A DNA stretch of 42,325 bases from Deltaproteobacteria bacterium (GTDB taxonomy: Bacteria > Desulfobacterota > Deferrimicrobia > Deferrimicrobiales > Deferrimicrobiaceae), in contig PQAK01000162.1 in the NCBI GenBank assembly GCA_003105225.1, forward strand, positions 1 to 42,325, read 5' to 3'. Shown here in pieces: positions 19,771 to 28,294 of the stretch; the first letter of the stretch is position 1; every line of letters starts with the position of its first letter. Both the position numbers and the translations under genes were made by a program. The notes below the pieces were generated by a model. That model had not been told where the DNA came from, ran no database searches, and saw nothing but the letters and a program-made list of their open reading frames with translations.

Positions 19771-20691
19771 TTACGGGACCAGGAGCAGCAGTTCCGCGCC
19801 CTTCTCCTGTCCGCCGGGTTTGTAGAGAATGCGGGCCGGCGGGAGCTTGCCTGCCGACGCCATCACCGACCGGACCTCCGCAGCGATCTTTTTCCCTGCC
19901 ATGGACAGGAGGATCGAGGACGTCGGGAACTCCGCCGCCGCCTTTCCCACCTCCTCCACGATCTTCCTGCCGCCCGGGGAGAGCTGGCTCTTTCCCTTCG
20001 CGGACAGCAATTTGTCCGGAAGCTCGACGCGCAGCGCGGGGCCCAGGGGCGTGACGGATACGTCGCGGGATACCTTGCCGATGGCCTCCGTCAGCGCCGC
20101 AAAACGTTCGTCGCGGCGTTTGTCCTCGTGCCGGTGCTCTTCCGTCAGGCGCTCCACCCGCCCGAGAAGGATATCGCGCTCCCGCTTCAGCTCCTCGTAG
20201 CCGTCCGACGGTTCGCCGTCTTTCTTCGGGTCCGACGGCTCGCCGTAGCGGGCGGTGGAATCCTTGCGTAGATTTTCCAGGGCCGCCTCGCAGGACTGCG
20301 CCCGGGAGTTCAAATCCTGGATCCGCTTCCCGGTGGCCTTCTCCTTCTCCAGCAGCTCGGAGATGAACTGCTCCCGCGTGATGCGGGTGCCCTCGTAGCT
20401 TTTCCGCGCCGAGGCGAGCTCCTCGCTGGAACGTTGGAGTTCCGCCTCCTGCGATTTGGCCCGCGCCGAGAGAGCCGCATTCGCCTCCTGCTCGTCGGCG
20501 AGCTGCTTCTGGAGCGCTTCGTTCTTCGCCTCGAGGACGGACCTTTCCTTGTTCACCCCGGCGATCGCGTCCCGGAGGGCGTCGGCCTCCTTCGTCTTCA
20601 TCTCGTACTTGGAGCTCGCGACCATGCAGCCCCCGGCCGCGAGGCCCATCGCAAGGATCGGGAGCGCCGCCTGCCATCTGGTGACTCTCAC
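19771..20691 (-). CDS. Coiled-coil probable lipoprotein with degenerate OmpA/MotB-like C-terminal domain
   Basis: A signal ends LAAGGC. A heptad-rich stretch of about 170 aa follows. The C-terminal LRVELPDKLLSAKGKSQLSPGGRKIVEEVGKAA resembles the OmpA-like fold entry but lacks its usual conserved residues. Confidence 0.5.
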   Translation of the reverse strand: MRVTRWQAALPILAMGLAAGGCMVASSKYEMKTKEADALRDAIAGVNKERSVLEAKNEALQKQLADEQEANAALSARAKSQEAELQRSSEELASARKSYEGTRITREQFISELLEKEKATGKRIQDLNSRAQSCEAALENLRKDSTARYGEPSDPKKDGEPSDGYEELKRERDILLGRVERLTEEHRHEDKRRDERFAALTEAIGKVSRDVSVTPLGPALRVELPDKLLSAKGKSQLSPGGRKIVEEVGKAAAEFPTSSILLSMAGKKIAAEVRSVMASAGKLPPARILYKPGGQEKGAELLLLVP

Positions 20692-20793
20692 TGGTTTCCC
20701 CCGGTATTCTGCCTGGTTGTCAAAATACTAAACATTTTACTTTCCCCCCCCTTTTTTATAAAGTTGAAATCAACACAGGGAAGGCGGTACGAC

Positions 20794-22464
20794 GTGGGTG
20801 GATCCCAGACGGAACTTCTGGAGACGTTCCGAAAGTTAGGCTTCATATCCCCCGATGCGGCCCAGGCATTGACGTCCCGGGCCGGGGGGCAGGGAATTGC
20901 CCTCGCCGAAGCAGCGCTTCTCGAAAATCTCCTGGATCCCGACGCGAAAGGATGGCTCCTGGCGGAAGCGCTCGGGATTCCCTTCCTGGAGATCGATCCC
21001 GACACCATTCCGTACTCCCTCGGCGATGTCCTCCCGGAATCGCTCGCCCGGGAAAAGTCCGTCGTGCCGATCGCGCGGGAGGGCGACCGTCTGACCCTGG
21101 CGGTGTCCGACCCCTTCTGCCACGAGACCTTTTCCGCGATCGGGACGCTGACCGGCCTCCGCGTCCGGCTGGTCGTCTGCCCCCGCCGCACCATCGCGGC
21201 GGTCCTGGCCCGGCTCTACCCTCCCCTGGTCCCGCTCCTGCCCGGCGACATCGAAGGCGGCCTCATCACCGGCGAGGAGGCGGAAAATTGGGTGACGCAG
21301 GGAGGAGTGAGGCGCGTGGCGGAGCAGGTCCTGCTGCACGCGGCCGCGAACGGCTTCTCGAGCATCCGCATGTTTTCCGCGGGAGAGAAGGCCGTGATCA
21401 AGGGAAGGGGGGAGGAGGGGTCCGTTCTGCTGCTCTCCCTGCCGCTGCGGTTCCGGCGGCTCCTCATGGAAGCCTACGCGGACCTGGCGGGAGCCCCGGC
21501 GCCGCAGGGAGCGGTGTCCGAAAGCATTTTCCAGCTGGAGTCGGCATCCGGGGTCGCCGCATTCCGGCTCAGCCTGGTCCAAGGTCTGTCCGGCCCCGAG
21601 GCCATCGTCAAGGTCCTGCCGGACCAGAAGGCGGTCCTCACGCTGGATTCCGTCGGCCTGAACCAGGAGCAGATCGAAATCACCCGCAGGGTGCTCGCCA
21701 AGAGGGGCGGGTTCTACCTTCTGTCTTCTCCGGTCCAGGGGGGGATCGCCACGACCCTGTTCGCCCTGTTGCGGGAGACCCATCGCCCGAGGACCCGCGT
21801 GGTGACCGTGGAGGAACAGTTCCGTTTCCGGAACGAGGGGTATATCCAGCTGGAGCGCCGCGACGTCGAGCGGCAGTTCGCAGGGGACTGGAAGCGCCTG
21901 GCCGAGTCGCTGGAGCCGGGTGCGCTGATCATCGAGAACGTCACCGAGCCCTCCGACATGTCGGACCTCATCTATCTCGCCCAGGGCGGCGCCACCGTGT
22001 TGTGCGGCATCCGGCGGTTCAACTTCGAACGGACCCTGCGGACCCTGCTCTCCCTGGACGTGGATCCGTTCGTCCTGGGACGCGTCGTGCGCATGGTGAT
22101 GCACCAGCGGCTGGTGAACCTCCTCTGCCAGGAATGCCGCCGCCCGGTGCCCGCGAAGCCCTCCATGCGCATGGTCGGCGAGAGGTACCGCGATCAGGTG
22201 GAGCGGATCGTCGAGGAGGCGTCGTTTTTCGTCCCTTCCGGCTGCCCGCATTGCAAGGGCACGGGGACCTCGGGTAAGATGGCGCTCGTGGAGCTCCTTC
22301 CCTTCACCCCGGCGGTGGAGAACCTGGTCTCTTCCGATTCCTGGCTGGAGGAGAAGCTCGGGCTCCTGCTCCAGGAGGATTTCTACTCCGCGGTCCAGTC
22401 GGTTCACGACCTCCTCCGCCGCGGGATGGTCACCTACGACGACGTTTTGCCGTTCTTCCGATAA
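20794..22464 (+). CDS. GspE/PilB-family protein with T2SSE_N domain and degenerate ATPase motifs
   Basis: The N-terminal domain reads LGFISPDAAQAL...AEALGIPFLEIDP...LTLAVSDPF. The core is collinear with GspE/PilB, and the C-terminal CQEC...CPHCKGTG Zn motif is present. The Walker A position reads SPVQGGIAT. GTG 20794 is the first plausible start after the A+T-rich spacer. Confidence 0.7.
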   Translation: MGGSQTELLETFRKLGFISPDAAQALTSRAGGQGIALAEAALLENLLDPDAKGWLLAEALGIPFLEIDPDTIPYSLGDVLPESLAREKSVVPIAREGDRLTLAVSDPFCHETFSAIGTLTGLRVRLVVCPRRTIAAVLARLYPPLVPLLPGDIEGGLITGEEAENWVTQGGVRRVAEQVLLHAAANGFSSIRMFSAGEKAVIKGRGEEGSVLLLSLPLRFRRLLMEAYADLAGAPAPQGAVSESIFQLESASGVAAFRLSLVQGLSGPEAIVKVLPDQKAVLTLDSVGLNQEQIEITRRVLAKRGGFYLLSSPVQGGIATTLFALLRETHRPRTRVVTVEEQFRFRNEGYIQLERRDVERQFAGDWKRLAESLEPGALIIENVTEPSDMSDLIYLAQGGATVLCGIRRFNFERTLRTLLSLDVDPFVLGRVVRMVMHQRLVNLLCQECRRPVPAKPSMRMVGERYRDQVERIVEEASFFVPSGCPHCKGTGTSGKMALVELLPFTPAVENLVSSDSWLEEKLGLLLQEDFYSAVQSVHDLLRRGMVTYDDVLPFFR

Positions 22465-22486
22465 TCGGGAAAAGGGCGTTTCCGAC

Positions 22487-24280
22487 ATGAGAGAGCAGAC
22501 GATCAACCGGATGTTCCTGAACCGGATCGCCGAAGGGGGCGATGCCGTCCGCTATCTCGTGCCGGGCGGCATGAAGTGGGAGCCCATGACGTACCGGGAG
22601 GTCGGGGAGGCCGTCCGGGAAATCGCCGGCGGGCTGATGGACCTTGGGCTGGCCAGGGGGGAGAAGGTGGCGATCCTCTCCTCCACGAGGGTGGAATGGC
22701 CCCTCGCGGACATCGCCTGCATCCTCTGCGGGTTCGTCACCGTCCCGATCTACCCGTCCAACCTGCCGGACCAGGTGGAGTACATCCTTTCCCACTCGGG
22801 AGCGCGCGCGGTCTTCGTGGAGGACGAGCCCCAGTGGAACAAGGTGGCGGGGGCCCGCGGCAGGCTTCCGGAGCTTTCCGCCGTGATCCTGCTCACGGGC
22901 GGTCCGGAGGGGAAGGAGGGGACGATCGGGCTGGCGGAGCTGCGCGGCCGCGGAGCCGGATTCCTTGCGGCGCGCCCGGGCGTGCTGGAGGCGCGTGCGG
23001 AGGAGATCCATCCCGAGGACGACCTGACGATCATCTACACCTCGGGGACCACGGGCCCGCCGAAGGGCGCCCTGATCCGGCATTCCAATATCGCCTTCGA
23101 TGTGACGGCCGTCCTGGAGGTCGTCCCGGTGCCGCGGGGGGACGTCATGCTCCAGTTCCTTCCCCTGGCGCATGTCCTGGGAAGGTTCGAGCATTTCCTC
23201 TCCTTCGACGCGATGGTGGTGACGGCTTTCGCGCGGAGCATCCAGACGGTGGCCGAAGACCTGACCTCGATCCGGCCGCACCTCATGATCAGCGTCCCCC
23301 GCCTGTACGAGAAGTTCTACGCCGCCGTCCGCGCCAAGGTGAATGAAGAGGGGGGGCTCAAGAAGGCGATCTTCCAGTGGGCGCTTTCGGTGGGGCGGGA
23401 AGCCTCCGGGCGGCGGCAGCGGAAGGAGCCGGTGGGCGGGTGGCTGGAGGCGAAGCTCTCCATCGCGGACCGGATGGTGTTCTCGAAGATCCGGGGGCGG
23501 CTGGGAGGGCGGCTCCGGTTCTTCGTCTCGGGGGGAGCCCCGCTGGCCCGGGAGATCGCGGAGTTTTTCCACGCGATGGGGATCCTCATCCTGGAGGGGT
23601 TCGGCATGACGGAAACGCCCTCCGTCACGTCGGTCAACCGGGTCGGCGATTTCCGGTTCGGGACGATCGGCAAGCCCCTTCCCGGCGTCGAGGTCAGGAT
23701 TGCGCCGGACGGGGAGATCCTCATCCGCGGGCCGCACGTCTTCAAGGAGTATTATCGCGACCCGGTGGCGACGCGCGAGGCGATCGATCCGGAAGGGTGG
23801 CTCCACACCGGCGACATCGGGGCGCTCGACGCCGAGGGGTTCCTCCGGATCACCGACCGGAAGAAGGACATCATCGTCACCTCGGGCGGGAAGAACATCG
23901 CCCCGCAGAACATCGAGAACCTGCTGAAGACCGACCAGATGATCAGCCAGGCGTTCGTCTACGGCGACCGGAAAAAATACCTGACGGCGCTGCTGACCCT
24001 GTCGGCCGAGGAGATCGCGAAGTGGGCCGCCGGAAGCGGGATCGACGGGCGGGAGCCCGCCGCCCTCGCCCGGGACCCCCGCGTGGAAGCGATGATGCGC
24101 GCACGCGTGGACGCGCTGAACCGTTCGCTGGCGCCGTTCGAACAGATAAAGAAGTTCGTCCTCATCGGGACGGACTTCTCCCAGGAAACCGGCGAACTGA
24201 CGCCCACGCTGAAGGTCAAGCGGAAGGTGGTCATCCAGAAGTACGGGATGCTGCTGGATGCCCTCTATGAGAAGGATTAG
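22487..24280 (+). CDS. Long-chain acyl-CoA synthetase (AMP-forming, FadD/FAA1-like)
   Basis: The AMP-binding motif IIYTSGTTGPPKGA is present, along with EGFGMTET, TGDIG...DRKKDIIVTSGGKNIAPQ and a C-terminal GELTPTLKVKRK. Confidence 0.85.
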   Translation: MREQTINRMFLNRIAEGGDAVRYLVPGGMKWEPMTYREVGEAVREIAGGLMDLGLARGEKVAILSSTRVEWPLADIACILCGFVTVPIYPSNLPDQVEYILSHSGARAVFVEDEPQWNKVAGARGRLPELSAVILLTGGPEGKEGTIGLAELRGRGAGFLAARPGVLEARAEEIHPEDDLTIIYTSGTTGPPKGALIRHSNIAFDVTAVLEVVPVPRGDVMLQFLPLAHVLGRFEHFLSFDAMVVTAFARSIQTVAEDLTSIRPHLMISVPRLYEKFYAAVRAKVNEEGGLKKAIFQWALSVGREASGRRQRKEPVGGWLEAKLSIADRMVFSKIRGRLGGRLRFFVSGGAPLAREIAEFFHAMGILILEGFGMTETPSVTSVNRVGDFRFGTIGKPLPGVEVRIAPDGEILIRGPHVFKEYYRDPVATREAIDPEGWLHTGDIGALDAEGFLRITDRKKDIIVTSGGKNIAPQNIENLLKTDQMISQAFVYGDRKKYLTALLTLSAEEIAKWAAGSGIDGREPAALARDPRVEAMMRARVDALNRSLAPFEQIKKFVLIGTDFSQETGELTPTLKVKRKVVIQKYGMLLDALYEKD

Positions 24281-24288
24281 CGAGCCCC

Positions 24289-25074
24289 TTGCCCCTTTCG
24301 GTATACGAGATCAACAAGATGCCCGAAAAGGAGCGGGAGCGGTTTCTCTCGGTCCTGATCCCCTCGCGTTTCCTCGAGATGTTCTCCATCGATCCCGGTA
24401 CGTTCGAAAATAACGACGGGGTGCGGTGCGTCAAGTTCATCTGCCCGGAAAACATGCCGTTTTTCCAGATCGACCTCAGGCGCGACCCGCGGGACCGGGA
24501 CGCCGCCTACTTTCTCGACGTCTCCAATTCGCCGTTCGGGCAGATGGAGATCTCCTTCATCATCGTGAACGATCCCGACGGGGAGCGGTTCGACATCGAC
24601 GTCGACGAAAACGGCCAGGACACGTACTTCGGGACGGCGCGCAGGAACCTGCCGGAGGAGATCCGCGCGATGCAGGCGGGCCTGGCGCCGGCGCAGGTGC
24701 GCCGCGGCCTGCGGGCCATGCCGGAGCTGATCGCCTGCTGGGAACGGTTCTTCGGCCAGGTCGGACACCGGTTCTATTTCCTGGAGCCCTTGAGCTACAA
24801 CAGCGCTATCCTGTATGAGCGGGGCGGCTTCCAATATGTCAGGGGAAAGGAGAAGATGGTATCGATCGACCGGGAGTTCCGCCCGGGCGGCGTGCTGCAC
24901 GCGCGCCTGGACGGCAGCACCCCTTTCCGGGACCCGGAGCATTGGAAGACGGTCCGCGGGAGAAGCTGGGCGATCCACGACGGCGTTCTCGACGAACCCT
25001 GGGAAAGCCCGAAGATGTACAAGACCGTGGGCGTCCACGGGGGGGTATCCACGTTCACGGGGGAGGGATATTGA
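24289..25074 (+). CDS. Conserved hypothetical cytoplasmic protein (possible GNAT-like C-terminal half)
   Basis: An uninterrupted 261-aa ORF begins 8 nt after the synthetase stop. It has no signal or TM segment. The segment FYFLEPLSYNSAILYERGGFQY resembles the GNAT N..A..lYe..GF block. The start is TTG 24289 or ATG 24319. Confidence 0.5.
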   Translation: MPLSVYEINKMPEKERERFLSVLIPSRFLEMFSIDPGTFENNDGVRCVKFICPENMPFFQIDLRRDPRDRDAAYFLDVSNSPFGQMEISFIIVNDPDGERFDIDVDENGQDTYFGTARRNLPEEIRAMQAGLAPAQVRRGLRAMPELIACWERFFGQVGHRFYFLEPLSYNSAILYERGGFQYVRGKEKMVSIDREFRPGGVLHARLDGSTPFRDPEHWKTVRGRSWAIHDGVLDEPWESPKMYKTVGVHGGVSTFTGEGY

Positions 25075-26984
25075 GAAGGGCGGCCATTCTTGCGGCGGCT
25101 GCGTTTCTCCTGGTGGGCGTCGCGGCCCGGGGGCAGGAGGAAGAGCGGCCGAAAATCTACCTCGAGAAGAAGATCTTCGCGGACATATCGGAGGGCAGGA
25201 AGAGCTTCTACGAGGTGCACACCGTTTCGGAGGGGGAAAACCTCTGGAAGATCCTCGGCCGTAAATTCTCCCTCTCCCCCCCCGCCTACCCTCCCCTGAT
25301 CAAGGAATTCCGACGGGCCAACCCCACGGTCGCCGACCCGTCCAGGCTCAAGGTCGGGCAGAAGATCCTCCTCCCGTCCGCGCCCCCCCAGCCGGTGGCT
25401 TCCCGTATGCCGGGCATGGAAGGGAAGACGGTCCCGCATCAAGTGGAAAAGGGCGAGAATCTGACCAGGATCCTGAAGAAGCAGGGGATCTCCGCCAGGA
25501 GGCTTCCCCGGTACCTGGAAGCGGTCAAGGAGATCAACGAATCCATCCGCGACGTCAACCGGATCCTGGCCGGAGCGACGATCCTGCTTCCCACGGAGGC
25601 CTATTTCGAGCCTGCGCGGGAAGCCCCGGCCGTAACCGCCTCCGCGGCGGAGCCTGCGGAGATCCCCAGGGAGCTCCCCCGGGAAGCGCCCGCGGCGGCC
25701 GTTGCGGAGGCACCGCCGCCGGCCGTCCCGCTGACCAGGGACGTCCCCAGGGAGCCGGGCGCGGAGGTTGCCGGTCCGGCGAAGCCGGAGGCGCAGATTC
25801 GCCCGCCCGCATCGCCCGCGCCCATCGCGCCGGTGGTCGAAATCCCGAAGGAGCCCCGCGGAGAGGAGACGGTGAAAAAAGAGGAGCCGGCGCCGCCTCC
25901 CGCGAAGCCTCCCTACAGGGGGCTCCTCAAGGATCTCCTCGCGGGGCTGGGGGAGAAGTGGGCGGACCGCGGCACGCTTTACCTCCCCGTCCCCTCGGGC
26001 GGCGAGGTGGTGATCAACCTGGAGGATTACCCGGTCGCGCGTTTTTCGAACGGAACCCAGGTGCTGATCGATTCCCGGGGCACGCTGCCGCGGAACGTGC
26101 GCGCGCTGATCCTGGAAACCTGGAAGAACTACCGGGTGGTGTCCCTGGACGGGAGCCGGGACGCCGGGGAGATCATCCAGCGGCTCCTCCAGTCCTCCGG
26201 GTATTACTCGGTCAAGGAAGGGCTCTCCCGCCCGCTGGTCATCGGGGAAGGGATATCCGTCACCCTGCCGGCCCGGTGGGTGGTGCTGCGGACGCCGGAG
26301 AGCCTGCTTTCCGGCGAGGTGATCCTCATCAAGGAGGTCCCCGAGAGGCCTTCGGGGAACCTGGCGGCAGTCCTCCGGTATGCCGGCCGGGTGGGCATCC
26401 GCGTGCTTCCGTACGCCACCGACCCCTCTGCGCTCGAAGGATTTCTCGCCGGGATCGACGATCCGGCCGAGGCCGCCGACCCGCCTCGAGAGGCGGTTCC
26501 CCCGGGGGGGCTTTCGGCCCTCGATTTCGCCCTGGAGTACCTCGGGATACCGAAGAAGGAGGGGGATCGCCTGAAGATCAGGGGAAAGGGGGACGCCTTC
26601 CAGCTGGTCGTCCAGCCGGAGCGGACCTTCGAGGCAGGGGGGAAGAAATATGTCGCCGACTCCGGCAGAATGGCGCCCGCGCTGCGGACGATCCTCAAGG
26701 AATCGGGCTTCACGGTATTTACGGTCATGAAGGACGAACCGGGAAGGGGGATCTTCCAACGGATCCTGAAGGAAGCCGGGCTCCCGTCGGAGGCTCGCCG
26801 GGAGTTCCTCGTTTCCGGCGGAGACAAGGAAGGCTATTCGGTCCGGGTCACGGGGACGTTCGTGACCTCGAAAGAGTGGCTGGAATCCAGGAAGGTTCGG
26901 GACGTGGCGTTCTACGGGGGCAAACTCCACCCGGCGACCCGAACGCTGATGCGCGACCTGGGTGTGGAAATCGTTGAGTGGTGA
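25071..26984 (+). CDS. Exported tandem-LysM protein with Pro/Ala-rich linker and duplicated C-terminal module
   Basis: The signal peptide is RRAAILAAAAFLLVGVAARG. There are two LysM repeats (HTVSEGENLWKILGRKF...LKVGQKILLP; HQVEKGENLTRILKKQG...ILAGATILLP). TTG 25071 follows a GGGGAGGGA RBS and overlaps the upstream stop (TTGA). Confidence 0.7.
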   Translation: MRRAAILAAAAFLLVGVAARGQEEERPKIYLEKKIFADISEGRKSFYEVHTVSEGENLWKILGRKFSLSPPAYPPLIKEFRRANPTVADPSRLKVGQKILLPSAPPQPVASRMPGMEGKTVPHQVEKGENLTRILKKQGISARRLPRYLEAVKEINESIRDVNRILAGATILLPTEAYFEPAREAPAVTASAAEPAEIPRELPREAPAAAVAEAPPPAVPLTRDVPREPGAEVAGPAKPEAQIRPPASPAPIAPVVEIPKEPRGEETVKKEEPAPPPAKPPYRGLLKDLLAGLGEKWADRGTLYLPVPSGGEVVINLEDYPVARFSNGTQVLIDSRGTLPRNVRALILETWKNYRVVSLDGSRDAGEIIQRLLQSSGYYSVKEGLSRPLVIGEGISVTLPARWVVLRTPESLLSGEVILIKEVPERPSGNLAAVLRYAGRVGIRVLPYATDPSALEGFLAGIDDPAEAADPPREAVPPGGLSALDFALEYLGIPKKEGDRLKIRGKGDAFQLVVQPERTFEAGGKKYVADSGRMAPALRTILKESGFTVFTVMKDEPGRGIFQRILKEAGLPSEARREFLVSGGDKEGYSVRVTGTFVTSKEWLESRKVRDVAFYGGKLHPATRTLMRDLGVEIVEW

Positions 26985-27546
26985 TCCCGAAATCCAGCGG
27001 TCTTCCCTGTTCGGCCTGGTGAACTTCCGGCCGCGCATCACGGTGGTCCTCGTTTTTCTGACGCTCACCGTGGCCGTCGTCGGTTACCACTTCTGGCGGG
27101 ACATGGGAACCCGGAGGGTGGAGGGGATGGCGAAGGAAGCGCAGCGCATCTTCGACGCGGAACGGGCGGCGGGGGCGAAGGACGTCCGGCTCGATCCGGA
27201 GGCCGTCGAGGAACGGATCCGGGAATGGCTGGGGGTGAAGGTGGCGCTTCCCCGGGACGACAGGCTCTTCTCCTACACGAGCGCGACGCGCGAAAAGATC
27301 GGGAACGATGCCGCCGCGGCGGTGGGGCTCACCTTCGGCGAGGATCCCTACCTCCTCCTGATCGTTCGCCCGGACCCGCTCCGCGGCATGGAAGGCTCTC
27401 CGCTGTTTTCGGAGTCCTCGTTCCTTTCGTGGGAAAAGGGAGGGAATTCGTTCGTGTCCTGGGAGAGGGATGGGGTGGTATACTTTCTCGTCTCGAGCGT
27501 CGACTTGACGTACGCGTTCGACCTGGTGCGACAATACTTTTCCTGA
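26962..27546 (+). CDS. Single-pass membrane protein with anti-sigma-factor-like periplasmic domain (tentative)
   Basis: A TM helix (ITVVLVFLTLTVAVVGYHFW) is followed by an extracytoplasmic domain of about 150 aa. The gene overlaps the LysM gene by 23 nt (GTG 26962; TTG 26974 is the alternative). Confidence 0.5.
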   Translation: MWKSLSGDPEIQRSSLFGLVNFRPRITVVLVFLTLTVAVVGYHFWRDMGTRRVEGMAKEAQRIFDAERAAGAKDVRLDPEAVEERIREWLGVKVALPRDDRLFSYTSATREKIGNDAAAAVGLTFGEDPYLLLIVRPDPLRGMEGSPLFSESSFLSWEKGGNSFVSWERDGVVYFLVSSVDLTYAFDLVRQYFS

Positions 27547-27583
27547 CCGACCCCTACGGCGGGAGACAACAGGAGGGAACACG

Positions 27584-28222
27584 ATGAACGTCTCGAAGCG
27601 CATGATGAGGAACCCCGTTTTCGTGGACGAGAACGACTCGATGAAGAAGGCGATGGACCTCCTGAAAGAGCGGGAGATCCGGCACCTGCCCGTCCTCAGG
27701 GACGGAGAAAAGCTCGTCGGGATCCTCTCCGAGCGGGACATCAAGCAGGCGTCCCCCTCCCCGGCGACCGCCCTCGAGATCCGCGAGATCTACTACCTCC
27801 TCGACAAGGTCAAGGTGAAGCAGATCATGACGCGGCGGCCGTACACCGTCTCCTCCTCGGCCCCGATCGAGGAGGCGGCGCTGATCATCCGGGAGAAGAA
27901 GATCGGCTGCCTGCCGGTGGTCGAGGACGGCAGGCTCGTGGGGATCCTCACGGAGACCGACATCCTCGACGCCTTCATCGAGGCGATGGGGGTGAGCGGC
28001 CCCGGCTACCGGATGGAGCTTTCCCTTCCGAACCGTCCCGGCATGCTCTTCGAGGTGTTGAAGCTCATGAAGGACTTCGAGGCCAACGTCGTGTCCGTGG
28101 CCACGGCGGCGCACGACGACACCGACCGCAAGATCCTGATCCTGCGCCTGGAGGCGAAGAACTACAAGGTCCTGAAGGCGGCGGTCAAGAAGGCCGGATT
28201 CGAGATGCTCTCCGCGGATTGA
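27584..28222 (+). CDS. CBS-pair plus ACT domain protein (AcuB-like), paralogue of 16154..16813
   Basis: MMRNPVFVDENDSM..IRHLPVL..GILSERDI; MTRRPYTVSSSAPI..IGCLPVVEDGRLVGILTETDI; C-terminal ACT-like MELSLPNRPGMLFEVLKLMK. Confidence 0.8.
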   Translation: MNVSKRMMRNPVFVDENDSMKKAMDLLKEREIRHLPVLRDGEKLVGILSERDIKQASPSPATALEIREIYYLLDKVKVKQIMTRRPYTVSSSAPIEEAALIIREKKIGCLPVVEDGRLVGILTETDILDAFIEAMGVSGPGYRMELSLPNRPGMLFEVLKLMKDFEANVVSVATAAHDDTDRKILILRLEAKNYKVLKAAVKKAGFEMLSAD

Positions 28223-28294
28223 TTTTCGTCAAGGAACGGCGTCGGGGGCAATGACATCGTATAATACAAGTAGATTCCAACGGGAGGTACTTCC

